This document shows positions 19,042-27,033 of a DNA stretch of 64,000 nt, piece by piece; position 1 is the first letter of the stretch, and every line of letters starts with the position of its first letter. The stretch lies in sequence record MT446413.1; one strand, given 5' to 3'. This stretch comes from Escherichia virus TH42. Made by a program: the position numbers and the translations under genes. Under the pieces are notes generated by a model. It was not told the DNA's origin. It saw nothing but the letters and a program-made list of their open reading frames with translations, and did not search any database.

Positions 19042-20583
19042 ATGTCATTAGATAAAGAAATATATGAAGCACTAACTGGAGACAAACTATCGGTAGAGGA
19101 GAAGAAGGCTCTGCTTGAAATGCTGAAGGATAGAGATCAATGGAGAAAGTATAATAGGATTCTTTCTTTTAAAGCATACCAGTTTCAGAAAGACTTTTAT
19201 GCAGCGGGACTGAAGCATCGCTTTAGATTCCTGTGTGCAGCTAACCGTGTTGGTAAATCTTACAGCGAGGCATACGAGTTTGCTTGTCATGTCACAGGTC
19301 GCTACCCAACTTGGTGGACAGGATATAGATTTAATCGACCCATATTGGCTTGGGCAGTAGGGATTACAGGGGACTCTACAAGAAAGGTATTGCAAAAGGA
19401 ATTGTTTGGAACACCTATCGGAAAGGATACAAACTTATTAGGGACGGGTGTTATTCCTCGTGATGCTATCGTCATTGACACGATAGAACGAGATGGAAAC
19501 AAATTACAGATCGTACAAATCAAGCACCAAAATGCTAGAGGCGAATTTGATGGGCTGAGTACGTTAGAGTTTCGTTCTACCCAACAAGGTGAACACACAT
19601 TAATGGGTGCTACAGTGGATTACATTTGGCTGGATGAAGAAGATCCTTATGAAAGTATGGCAATCTTCTCTCAGTGCGTAACACGTACACTTACTACTAA
19701 AGGTTTAGTTACGATTACAGCTACACCAGAGAACGGATTAACAGAGCTGGTGGACAAGTTTATGAAAGGTGAAGGGGACGAGAACACAGGTTCTCTATAT
19801 TTCCAAAATGCTTCTTGGTGGGATGCTCATGTGGACCTAGGTGGTCACATCTCTGACCAAGATATAAAGGATATGACAGAAGGTATTCCGGCATGGCAGC
19901 TAGAGATGCGCTCTAAAGGTATGCCTCTGTTGGGTTCAGGTTTGATTTATGATGTATCTGATGATTCAATTAAGTGTGACCCGTTTGAAATTCCTGATAC
20001 GTGGAAACGTGTTTGTGCCATTGATATTGGTATTGATCACCCGACGGCAGCTGTATGGTCAGCTTATGATGCTAACACCGATACAATCTACATTTATGAC
20101 TGCTATAAAGAAAGTGGCTTTACTCCAGTGTATCATGCACCAGCTATTAATGGTCGTGGTCAGTGGATTCCAGTCATTCTTCCTCACGATGCTGATAACA
20201 TTGAGAAGGGAAGTGGTGCTTCTGTAGCACAATTCTATAAAAATGCAGGAGTAAACGTACAAAATGATACCTTCCATAACAAGATCGGAATGGATGGTAA
20301 GAAGAACTTCTTTGTGGAGCCAGGAATTACTGATATTCGTGAGCGTATGATGTCAGGTCGATTCAAAGTCTTTAATACTACCGCATGTGCTAAGCTCTTT
20401 GAAGAGAAAGCACGTTACCATCGAAAAGTTGGTAAGATTATTAAAGAACATGATGACCTTATGGACGCAATGCGATATTCAGCTTGTTCTGTTACACACA
20501 GAGGTCGGTCTAAGCATGACGCTAGCTATGGTAGCTCGTCGCTTTATCAAGAAAATATTAACAGATGGAATCAAAGCTACTAA
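19042..20583 (+). CDS. terL: terminase large subunit
   Basis: 513 aa; Walker-A-like CAANRVGKS near N-terminus, acidic nuclease-domain residues in C-terminal half; followed by portal-sized gene. Confidence 0.85.
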   Translation: MSLDKEIYEALTGDKLSVEEKKALLEMLKDRDQWRKYNRILSFKAYQFQKDFYAAGLKHRFRFLCAANRVGKSYSEAYEFACHVTGRYPTWWTGYRFNRPILAWAVGITGDSTRKVLQKELFGTPIGKDTNLLGTGVIPRDAIVIDTIERDGNKLQIVQIKHQNARGEFDGLSTLEFRSTQQGEHTLMGATVDYIWLDEEDPYESMAIFSQCVTRTLTTKGLVTITATPENGLTELVDKFMKGEGDENTGSLYFQNASWWDAHVDLGGHISDQDIKDMTEGIPAWQLEMRSKGMPLLGSGLIYDVSDDSIKCDPFEIPDTWKRVCAIDIGIDHPTAAVWSAYDANTDTIYIYDCYKESGFTPVYHAPAINGRGQWIPVILPHDADNIEKGSGASVAQFYKNAGVNVQNDTFHNKIGMDGKKNFFVEPGITDIRERMMSGRFKVFNTTACAKLFEEKARYHRKVGKIIKEHDDLMDAMRYSACSVTHRGRSKHDASYGSSSLYQENINRWNQSY

Positions 20584-20650
20584 ATATAGTGGGGAGGCTA
20601 GTCCTCCCTTTAGTAGTTTACTCCAAGCTATCAACCGAGGGAGAGATTAG

Positions 20651-22894
20651 ATGGCTAAGAAGAAATTTAGTGAAGATATTTTGGATGAATTACGCGTTGA
20701 CCTTCAACGTCGATTCAATTATGCACAAGGTTATGTAGACCTCGCTGTAAAAGGTTATTCTCGTGAAGCATGGGAATACTTCTACGGAAACTTACCAGCT
20801 CCAGTAACTGCTGGAAGCTCTAGTTGGGTAGATCGTACAGTATGGGAGTCTGTTAACGGAACTCTCCAAGATATCATTAACGTATTCTGTTCAGGCGATG
20901 AAGCGGTGACGTTTGTTGCGGACAACCAAGCAGATTCGGATGCAGCTGATGTAGCAACTAAGCTGGTAAACCAAATCTTGCTTCGTGATAATCCGGGATA
21001 TAACATCATTTCCTCAGCGGCTCAGGAATGTCTGGTTACACGTAACTCTTTTATCAAATACTATTGGGATGAACAAACCTCCACTCAAACAGAAGAGGCT
21101 GAGGGCGTACCTCCAGAAGCTTTGGCTGCATACGTACAAGGTATGGAAGCAGGCGGACTTCAAGATTTAGAAATCTTTACCACTGAAAACGATGATGGAA
21201 CAGTGGATGTTAAAGTAACTTACAAACAAACAGTAAAACGTGTTAAAGTAGAATATGTTCCTTCAGAGCAAATCTTTGTTGATGAACATGCTACCTCTTT
21301 TGCAGATGCTCAGTATTTCTGTCATCGCACACGTAAATCTAAAGATGATTTATTAGCAATGGGCTTCCCTAAAGACGAGATCGAAGCGTTTAACGACTGG
21401 ACTGATACAATGGACACCACTCAGTCTACAGTTGCTTGGTCACGTACTGACTGGAGACAGGACATTGATGCAGACATTGGTGTGGACACTGAAGATGTGG
21501 CTTGCATGGTTTGGGTTTATGAGCATTACATCCGTACAGGTGTATTGGATAATAACAAAGAATCTAAACTCTATCAAGTAATCCAAGCAGGTGAGCATAT
21601 TCTCTCTTGTGAAGAAGTAACTAGCATTCCGTTTGTTACTTTCTGTCCTTACCCTATTCCGGGTTCCTTCTATGGTCAATCCGTGTATGACATTACTAAA
21701 GATATTCAAGACCTACGTACAGCACTTGTCCGTGGTTACATTGATAACGTTAACAACGCAAACTATGGTCGATATAAAGCCATTGTAGGAGCCTATGACC
21801 GTCGTTCTTTACTAGACAACCGTCCGGGTGGTGTAGTTGAAATGGAGCGTCAGGATGCGATTGATCTCTTCCCTTACCACAACCTACCTCAAGGTATTGA
21901 TGGTCTGTTAGGAATGTCTGAAGAGTTGAAAGAAACTCGTACAGGTGTTACTAAACTTGGTATGGGTATTAACCCTGATGTATTTAAGAATGATAACGCA
22001 TATGCAACCGTAGGTTTAATGATGAATGCTGCACAGAACCGTCTCCGTATGGTCTGTCGTAACATTGCTCATAATGGTATGGTTGAATTAATGCGTGGTA
22101 TTTACAACCTTGTCAGAGAAAATGGTGAAGTTCCTTTACAGGTTCAAACCCCTCGTGGCATGGTTGAAGTAAATCCTAAACAATTACCAGCTCGTCATAA
22201 TTTACAAGTTGTTGTAGCTATCTCTCCTACTGAGAAATCAGAACGTGCACAGAAACTGATTAGCCTGAAGCAATTGATTGCTGCTGATGCTCAGCTTGCA
22301 CCTCTCTTTACTCTGGAGCAAGATCGTTATATGACTGCACAGATCTTTGAGTTGATGGGTATTAAAGACACTCATAAATATCTTATGCCTCTTGAACAGT
22401 ATCAACCTCCTCAGCCTTCTCCGATGGAAATCCTCCAGCTCGAGATGACTAAAGCTCAGGTTGAGAACGTACAGGCTTCTTCTCAGAAGATGATTGCTGA
22501 TGCATTCGACCAGCGTGAACGTACTACGTTTGAACAGCAGAAAGCTGCGGACGAGTTCAGCTTACGTCAAGAAGAATTGCAATTCAAGCAAGAGAATGCT
22601 GCTGATCAGATGACTCTTGAAAATCGTAAGGAAGATAACTCAGCTACTCTTGAACAAGCTAAGCATAAGCTTTCTCTCCTTCAGCAACAGGTTCGTCAAT
22701 ATGAATCTATACTGAAAGAACTTCAGATGACTATGAATCATCAGGTTGATCTTGAGAAGGTAGACCAGCAAGCTAAAATTCAAGATAAGACTTTGGAACT
22801 CCAAAAGAAAGAAGCAAATGAAACTAAGAAAGAACAACAAAGTTCTCTCAAAGATTCTAGGATTCCTAATAGAAAGCTTGGTAGTAGAAAATAA
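20651..22894 (+). CDS. portal protein (putative)
   Basis: 747 aa between terminase and scaffold/capsid genes; C-terminal coiled-coil. Confidence 0.65.
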   Translation: MAKKKFSEDILDELRVDLQRRFNYAQGYVDLAVKGYSREAWEYFYGNLPAPVTAGSSSWVDRTVWESVNGTLQDIINVFCSGDEAVTFVADNQADSDAADVATKLVNQILLRDNPGYNIISSAAQECLVTRNSFIKYYWDEQTSTQTEEAEGVPPEALAAYVQGMEAGGLQDLEIFTTENDDGTVDVKVTYKQTVKRVKVEYVPSEQIFVDEHATSFADAQYFCHRTRKSKDDLLAMGFPKDEIEAFNDWTDTMDTTQSTVAWSRTDWRQDIDADIGVDTEDVACMVWVYEHYIRTGVLDNNKESKLYQVIQAGEHILSCEEVTSIPFVTFCPYPIPGSFYGQSVYDITKDIQDLRTALVRGYIDNVNNANYGRYKAIVGAYDRRSLLDNRPGGVVEMERQDAIDLFPYHNLPQGIDGLLGMSEELKETRTGVTKLGMGINPDVFKNDNAYATVGLMMNAAQNRLRMVCRNIAHNGMVELMRGIYNLVRENGEVPLQVQTPRGMVEVNPKQLPARHNLQVVVAISPTEKSERAQKLISLKQLIAADAQLAPLFTLEQDRYMTAQIFELMGIKDTHKYLMPLEQYQPPQPSPMEILQLEMTKAQVENVQASSQKMIADAFDQRERTTFEQQKAADEFSLRQEELQFKQENAADQMTLENRKEDNSATLEQAKHKLSLLQQQVRQYESILKELQMTMNHQVDLEKVDQQAKIQDKTLELQKKEANETKKEQQSSLKDSRIPNRKLGSRK

Positions 22895-22903
22895 GGACAC
22901 TAA

Positions 22904-23140
22904 ATGAATACTAGACAACAATTCAATAAAGAGCATGCCGCCGCTTTGGCGGCTCTCAATCATAACGGCATTCTTGACGCAGCATTAGAGGCATTAAAAG
23001 AAACCCTCATGAAAGACATAGTTTTAACTGATGTGCATGAGTCAAAGAAACGCGAAGAGTGTTATCAAAAGTATAAAATGGTTGGTAGCTTAAAAGAGGT
23101 CATAAAAGCTGCTATCAATAGTGCAGGAGATAATTCCTAA
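22904..23140 (+). CDS. hypothetical protein (78 aa)
   Basis: Track ORF between portal and scaffold genes. Confidence 0.4.
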   Translation: MNTRQQFNKEHAAALAALNHNGILDAALEALKETLMKDIVLTDVHESKKREECYQKYKMVGSLKEVIKAAINSAGDNS

Positions 23141-24219
23141 TGGCAAATGAATTTTTAGACCCAAACGATTTTAAATCATTCCTCCAACTTGATGACTTGA
23201 AAGGATCTTTTAAAGAAGACCTAAGTCGATTAGAATCTGAACAAGAACCAGAAGTGGACATTGACAGTGAGTTTCCAGAAGATACTGGAGATAACTTTGA
23301 CTTTGATTCCGACCTTCTCGGTAAGGGTGATGAACTCACGTTCGAAGATGAAGAAGGATGGGATGATTCAGAAGAGGAAGGAGAAGACGATGAAGGTGAT
23401 TCAGACGACGACTCTGATGAAGTTGTTGAAGATGAAGAACCAAGTGATGTAGATCACGATGATTCTACTGACAGTGAATACGAAGAAGGTGACGCTTTCG
23501 ACGTAGATTATGAAACTGTTATCACCCTTCCTGATGGTCGTGAGATGACTATTGAAGAGTTATCAAATGGCTATGTTACTGGCTCCGATATGACTGAACG
23601 GGAAGCTGTTCTTCAGCGTCATGTTGAAGCTTTTGAAGAGCGTGTAGGTGGTTTAGCGGATGTATTAGAATTAGCGTCCTTAGAAGCAGACCGAGTAATT
23701 GAAGATTATAACGGTTTTGATTGGGACAAGCTAGCAGTTGAAGATCCACAAGCCTATGTTGAAAACAAACGCTTTTTAGAGAAGTACACTGCTCGTCGTC
23801 AGCAGCTTGAACAAGCGCAAGTTAAGATCAAGCAAGATGCAGCAGCAAAAGAACAGCAAGCCTTCCAAGCTAAATGTACCGAATGTGTTAATGTATTGAA
23901 ACGTGAAATTCCTAATTGGGATGACAGTGTTTATCAGAATCTGATGCAATATGCAATTGATCTCGGTGCTACAGAAGAAGAAGTCTTGAAAGAGAATCGT
24001 CCGTCTATTTTCCTAGCTTTGCACAAAGCATACCAATTCGATAAAGGTAAGCAACAAGTAATGGCTAAGATTAAACGTCCGGGTTCTCCACGTAAGGTTG
24101 TGAAGTCCGACTCTTCTAAGTCTCGTACTTCCAATACGCCAGACAACGCTAAGGTTGCCAAGGCATTTTCAGAGGGTCGAATTCGTCACGAAGATGCATT
24201 TAAGTATCTCGTAGATTAA
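23140..24219 (+). CDS. scaffolding protein (putative)
   Basis: 359 aa, long D/E-rich acidic tract plus helical C-terminus, directly upstream of capsid gene. Confidence 0.6.
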   Translation: MANEFLDPNDFKSFLQLDDLKGSFKEDLSRLESEQEPEVDIDSEFPEDTGDNFDFDSDLLGKGDELTFEDEEGWDDSEEEGEDDEGDSDDDSDEVVEDEEPSDVDHDDSTDSEYEEGDAFDVDYETVITLPDGREMTIEELSNGYVTGSDMTEREAVLQRHVEAFEERVGGLADVLELASLEADRVIEDYNGFDWDKLAVEDPQAYVENKRFLEKYTARRQQLEQAQVKIKQDAAAKEQQAFQAKCTECVNVLKREIPNWDDSVYQNLMQYAIDLGATEEEVLKENRPSIFLALHKAYQFDKGKQQVMAKIKRPGSPRKVVKSDSSKSRTSNTPDNAKVAKAFSEGRIRHEDAFKYLVD

Positions 24220-24259
24220 TCGACAAATTATTTTTAAATAGTATAGGAGCTAACATAAC

Positions 24260-25318
24260 ATGGCAAATCCAACTTTATTTGTATCTTACGACCAGAACGG
24301 TAAAAAACTTTCTTTTGCTAACTGGATTTCTGTCCTCTCTCCGCAAGATACTCCGTTTGTGTCTATGACTGGTAAAGAGTCTATCAACCAGACTATTTTC
24401 AGCTGGCAGACCGATGCACTGGCAAGTGTTGATGCTAACAACGCACACGTTGAAGGCTCTCGCGCTGATGACGGTGAAATGCAACCGACTGTTATCAAAT
24501 CTAACGTAACTCAGATCCTGCGTAAAGTAGTTCGTGTTTCTGATACTGCTAACACCACCGCTAACTACGGTCGTGGTCGTGAACTGATGTATCAGCTGGA
24601 GAAGAAAGGTAAAGAGATTAAACGTGACCTCGAGAAAATCTTGCTGTCCGGTCAGGCTCGTACCGACGTTCTGGCTGACCAGTATCTGACTAACTCAGCA
24701 GCTGATCCTGCTCTGGCTGGTCTGAATGACACTCATGCAGCTCGTAAGACTGGTGCTTTCCAGTTCCTGTGTGCCCATGGTGGTCTGTCTGGTAGCGTTG
24801 TTGATAAGACTAAGAACGGTCCTGCTGACCCGGATACCGGTGCAGTAACTGTTAAAGTTGCACAGAACGCATCTAACCCTACCACTAACGTAGGTTTTGA
24901 TGAAGCAGATATCTTTGATATGACCCTTCAGCTGTATACCGCAGGTTCTGAAGCTGATATCATCATGATTAACCCTGCTCACGCTAGCGTTTTCGCTAAG
25001 CTGCAGGAAAACTCTGTTGGTTCTCGTCAGCGTATCTTTGAGAACACTAAACAATTCATCTACGAAGTTAATAGCATCACCGACCCGCTGGGTCAGAGTT
25101 ATAAAATCATCGTTAACCGTTGGATGCCTACTGATGCAGTTTACTTCTTCCGTAGCTCTGATTGGACGCAGATGGTTCTTCGTGCACCGAAGCGTACTGA
25201 ACTGGCTAAAGACGGTTCTTACGAGAAGTGGATGATCGAGATGGAAGTTGGTCTGCGTCACCGCAACCCGTATGCTTCCGGTGTTCTGTTCACTGCTGCG
25301 GGAAAGGTAGCGGCGTAA
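24260..25318 (+). CDS. major capsid protein
   Basis: 352 aa, strong RBS, head-module position, frameshift signal at 3' end. Confidence 0.75.
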   Translation: MANPTLFVSYDQNGKKLSFANWISVLSPQDTPFVSMTGKESINQTIFSWQTDALASVDANNAHVEGSRADDGEMQPTVIKSNVTQILRKVVRVSDTANTTANYGRGRELMYQLEKKGKEIKRDLEKILLSGQARTDVLADQYLTNSAADPALAGLNDTHAARKTGAFQFLCAHGGLSGSVVDKTKNGPADPDTGAVTVKVAQNASNPTTNVGFDEADIFDMTLQLYTAGSEADIIMINPAHASVFAKLQENSVGSRQRIFENTKQFIYEVNSITDPLGQSYKIIVNRWMPTDAVYFFRSSDWTQMVLRAPKRTELAKDGSYEKWMIEMEVGLRHRNPYASGVLFTAAGKVAA

Positions 25319-25339
25319 CAGTTGACAGCGTAACTGTTA
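25300..25339 (+). promoter_or_regulatory. programmed -1 ribosomal frameshift signal
   Basis: Slippery heptamer G_GGA_AAG (X_XXY_YYZ in capsid frame) at 25300-25306, 10 nt before capsid stop; 7-bp hairpin AACAGTT/AACTGTT at 25318-25339. Confidence 0.55.
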
Positions 25340-26121
25340 GCCCTGCGTCAGTGGCAAGTCTACTGACCGGGGCTACCCAACAGTTTACAGCTCAAGCAGA
25401 ACTAAGCGACGGCTCCACATCAACTACTGGCTTTGATTGGTCAGTATCCGGTGGTGGGGCTATTTCTGCTTCTGGACTGTTCACTGCTCCGGGTTCGCCT
25501 CAAACCGCTGATATCACAGTGACTGCTACGCTTAAAGGTGTATCAAGTACTGCCGTTATTTCGGAAATTAAAGCTCCAATCCCTGACCCAGCTTCCATTG
25601 CTGTAACTGGGGGTGGTCTAACTGGTGATACTCTCACCATAACTGTTCCAGATGCTACCAGCCTGACTGCTTCTGTATCTCCTGCTGGTGCACCTCAAGG
25701 TGTTACTTGGGAAATTGCAGATCCGACTAAGGCTACGGTAACAACTGCTGGTCGTGTAACTGCTGTTGCAGCAGGTAGCACTACCCTTACAGTTAAATCT
25801 TCTACTAAACCTTCTGTCACTAAAGTGATTAATGTTGTTGTCAACCCCCAGCCTCCAACTATCGCGGCTAAAGCTGCTATTACTGGAAAATCTGGTGGAG
25901 ACAGTGTCGCTTTTACAGACATGTTTACTGTTCAACGCTCAGCTGCTAGTGACTATAATTTTGTAGTAACTCCATCTGCTGCTGGTACAGTGAATGCTGC
26001 TGGTCAGCTCACTTTAGCTGGTACGGCTAGCGGTAACGTAACTGTTAAAGCTACTCATAAAACTCAGACCTCAGTAACTGCAACTTCTACTATCACTGTT
26101 GTGGAATCAGGGTTACCCTGA
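25300..26121 (+). CDS. Ig-like domain C-terminal extension of capsid protein (-1 frameshift product)
   Basis: -1 frame is open from the slippery site to 26121; Thr/Ser/Val/Ala-rich beta-strand-like sequence typical of Ig-like decoration domains; the Met at 25228 lies inside the capsid gene and is unlikely to be an independent start. Confidence 0.55.
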   Translation, partial: GKGSGVTVDSVTVSPASVASLLTGATQQFTAQAELSDGSTSTTGFDWSVSGGGAISASGLFTAPGSPQTADITVTATLKGVSSTAVISEIKAPIPDPASIAVTGGGLTGDTLTITVPDATSLTASVSPAGAPQGVTWEIADPTKATVTTAGRVTAVAAGSTTLTVKSSTKPSVTKVINVVVNPQPPTIAAKAAITGKSGGDSVAFTDMFTVQRSAASDYNFVVTPSAAGTVNAAGQLTLAGTASGNVTVKATHKTQTSVTATSTITVVESGLP

Positions 26122-26183
26122 GAACTGACCTAGGTTCTACAGTGTTCAAAACTTACACCATTAAATCTGGTGCTTAAAACTAA

Positions 26184-26213
26184 GGCTGCCTTCGGGTGGC
26201 CTTTTCTCATTTT
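26184..26213 (+). terminator. rho-independent terminator after capsid/Ig gene
   Basis: GGCUGCC-UUCG-GGUGGCC followed by UUUUCUCAUUUU. Confidence 0.6.
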
Positions 26214-26234
26214 AAGACCCTTATAAGGAGATAT

Positions 26235-26242
26235 GTAATGTA
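26235..26242 (+). promoter_or_regulatory. GTAATGTA motif (candidate promoter element)
   Basis: 43 nt upstream of ATG of 26278..27024, between terminator and RBS. Confidence 0.25.
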
Positions 26243-26277
26243 TTCTCTTTGTCTATACATAACTAGGAGGACACACT

Positions 26278-27024
26278 ATGGCAATGCCTGAAGTTCAGTA
26301 TCCTATCAATACCTATGGCTGGCTTAAAAAGGCTGTGTCACTCTGGGCCGATAGGGATGATGGTGAATTTGTAGATCAAATTCCAAACTTTATTAACTTT
26401 GCAGAGAAAGAAATCTATCGTAACTTACGAATCCCTCCTCTGGAAAAAGAAGTATATTTAGATATCAAGGATGGTATTGCTTTTATCCCTCCTGACTTTT
26501 TAGAAGCACAGTGGATTATGAGAGCTTCAAATGGAATGATGTTCAGAGTAACCTCTCCTGAAGAACTTGACTGGTTGAAGAGAAATAACTCAGTCAACCC
26601 ATCCAATTGGAATCAAGGGGAAGTTGTTTTTGCTCGTTTAGGTAGTCGGTTTATGTTCTACCCTCTAATTGATGCAGATACTCCTGTTTATCCTGATGAT
26701 GGAGCACCTGAAATCCCTGCTGAGAATGCTGTAGTTTTAAGTTATTATGCAGACCCACCGGAGTTCCACTCTGATGAAGATACCAGTGCTATTCTAACTA
26801 TTGCTCCTGAGCTGCTTCTATATTTTACTCTGCGTCATGCTTCTTTATTCGTTCAAGATGATAATGGAGTTCAAAAGTGGTCAGCACTTGGTAAAGCAAT
26901 CCTTGACGAGATTGTGGAGCAGAGTAAGAAAGCAGAATACTCAGGTTCCCCTCTAGTAATCCCTAATACTATTAGCCGTCTTAATAGCTCACGAGAAGTG
27001 TACGGCATTCGTAGATACAGATAA
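26278..27024 (+). CDS. virion structural protein (248 aa)
   Basis: Position between capsid and tail-fibre genes; strong RBS. Confidence 0.5.
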   Translation: MAMPEVQYPINTYGWLKKAVSLWADRDDGEFVDQIPNFINFAEKEIYRNLRIPPLEKEVYLDIKDGIAFIPPDFLEAQWIMRASNGMMFRVTSPEELDWLKRNNSVNPSNWNQGEVVFARLGSRFMFYPLIDADTPVYPDDGAPEIPAENAVVLSYYADPPEFHSDEDTSAILTIAPELLLYFTLRHASLFVQDDNGVQKWSALGKAILDEIVEQSKKAEYSGSPLVIPNTISRLNSSREVYGIRRYR

Positions 27025-27033
27025 GGAGAACAT

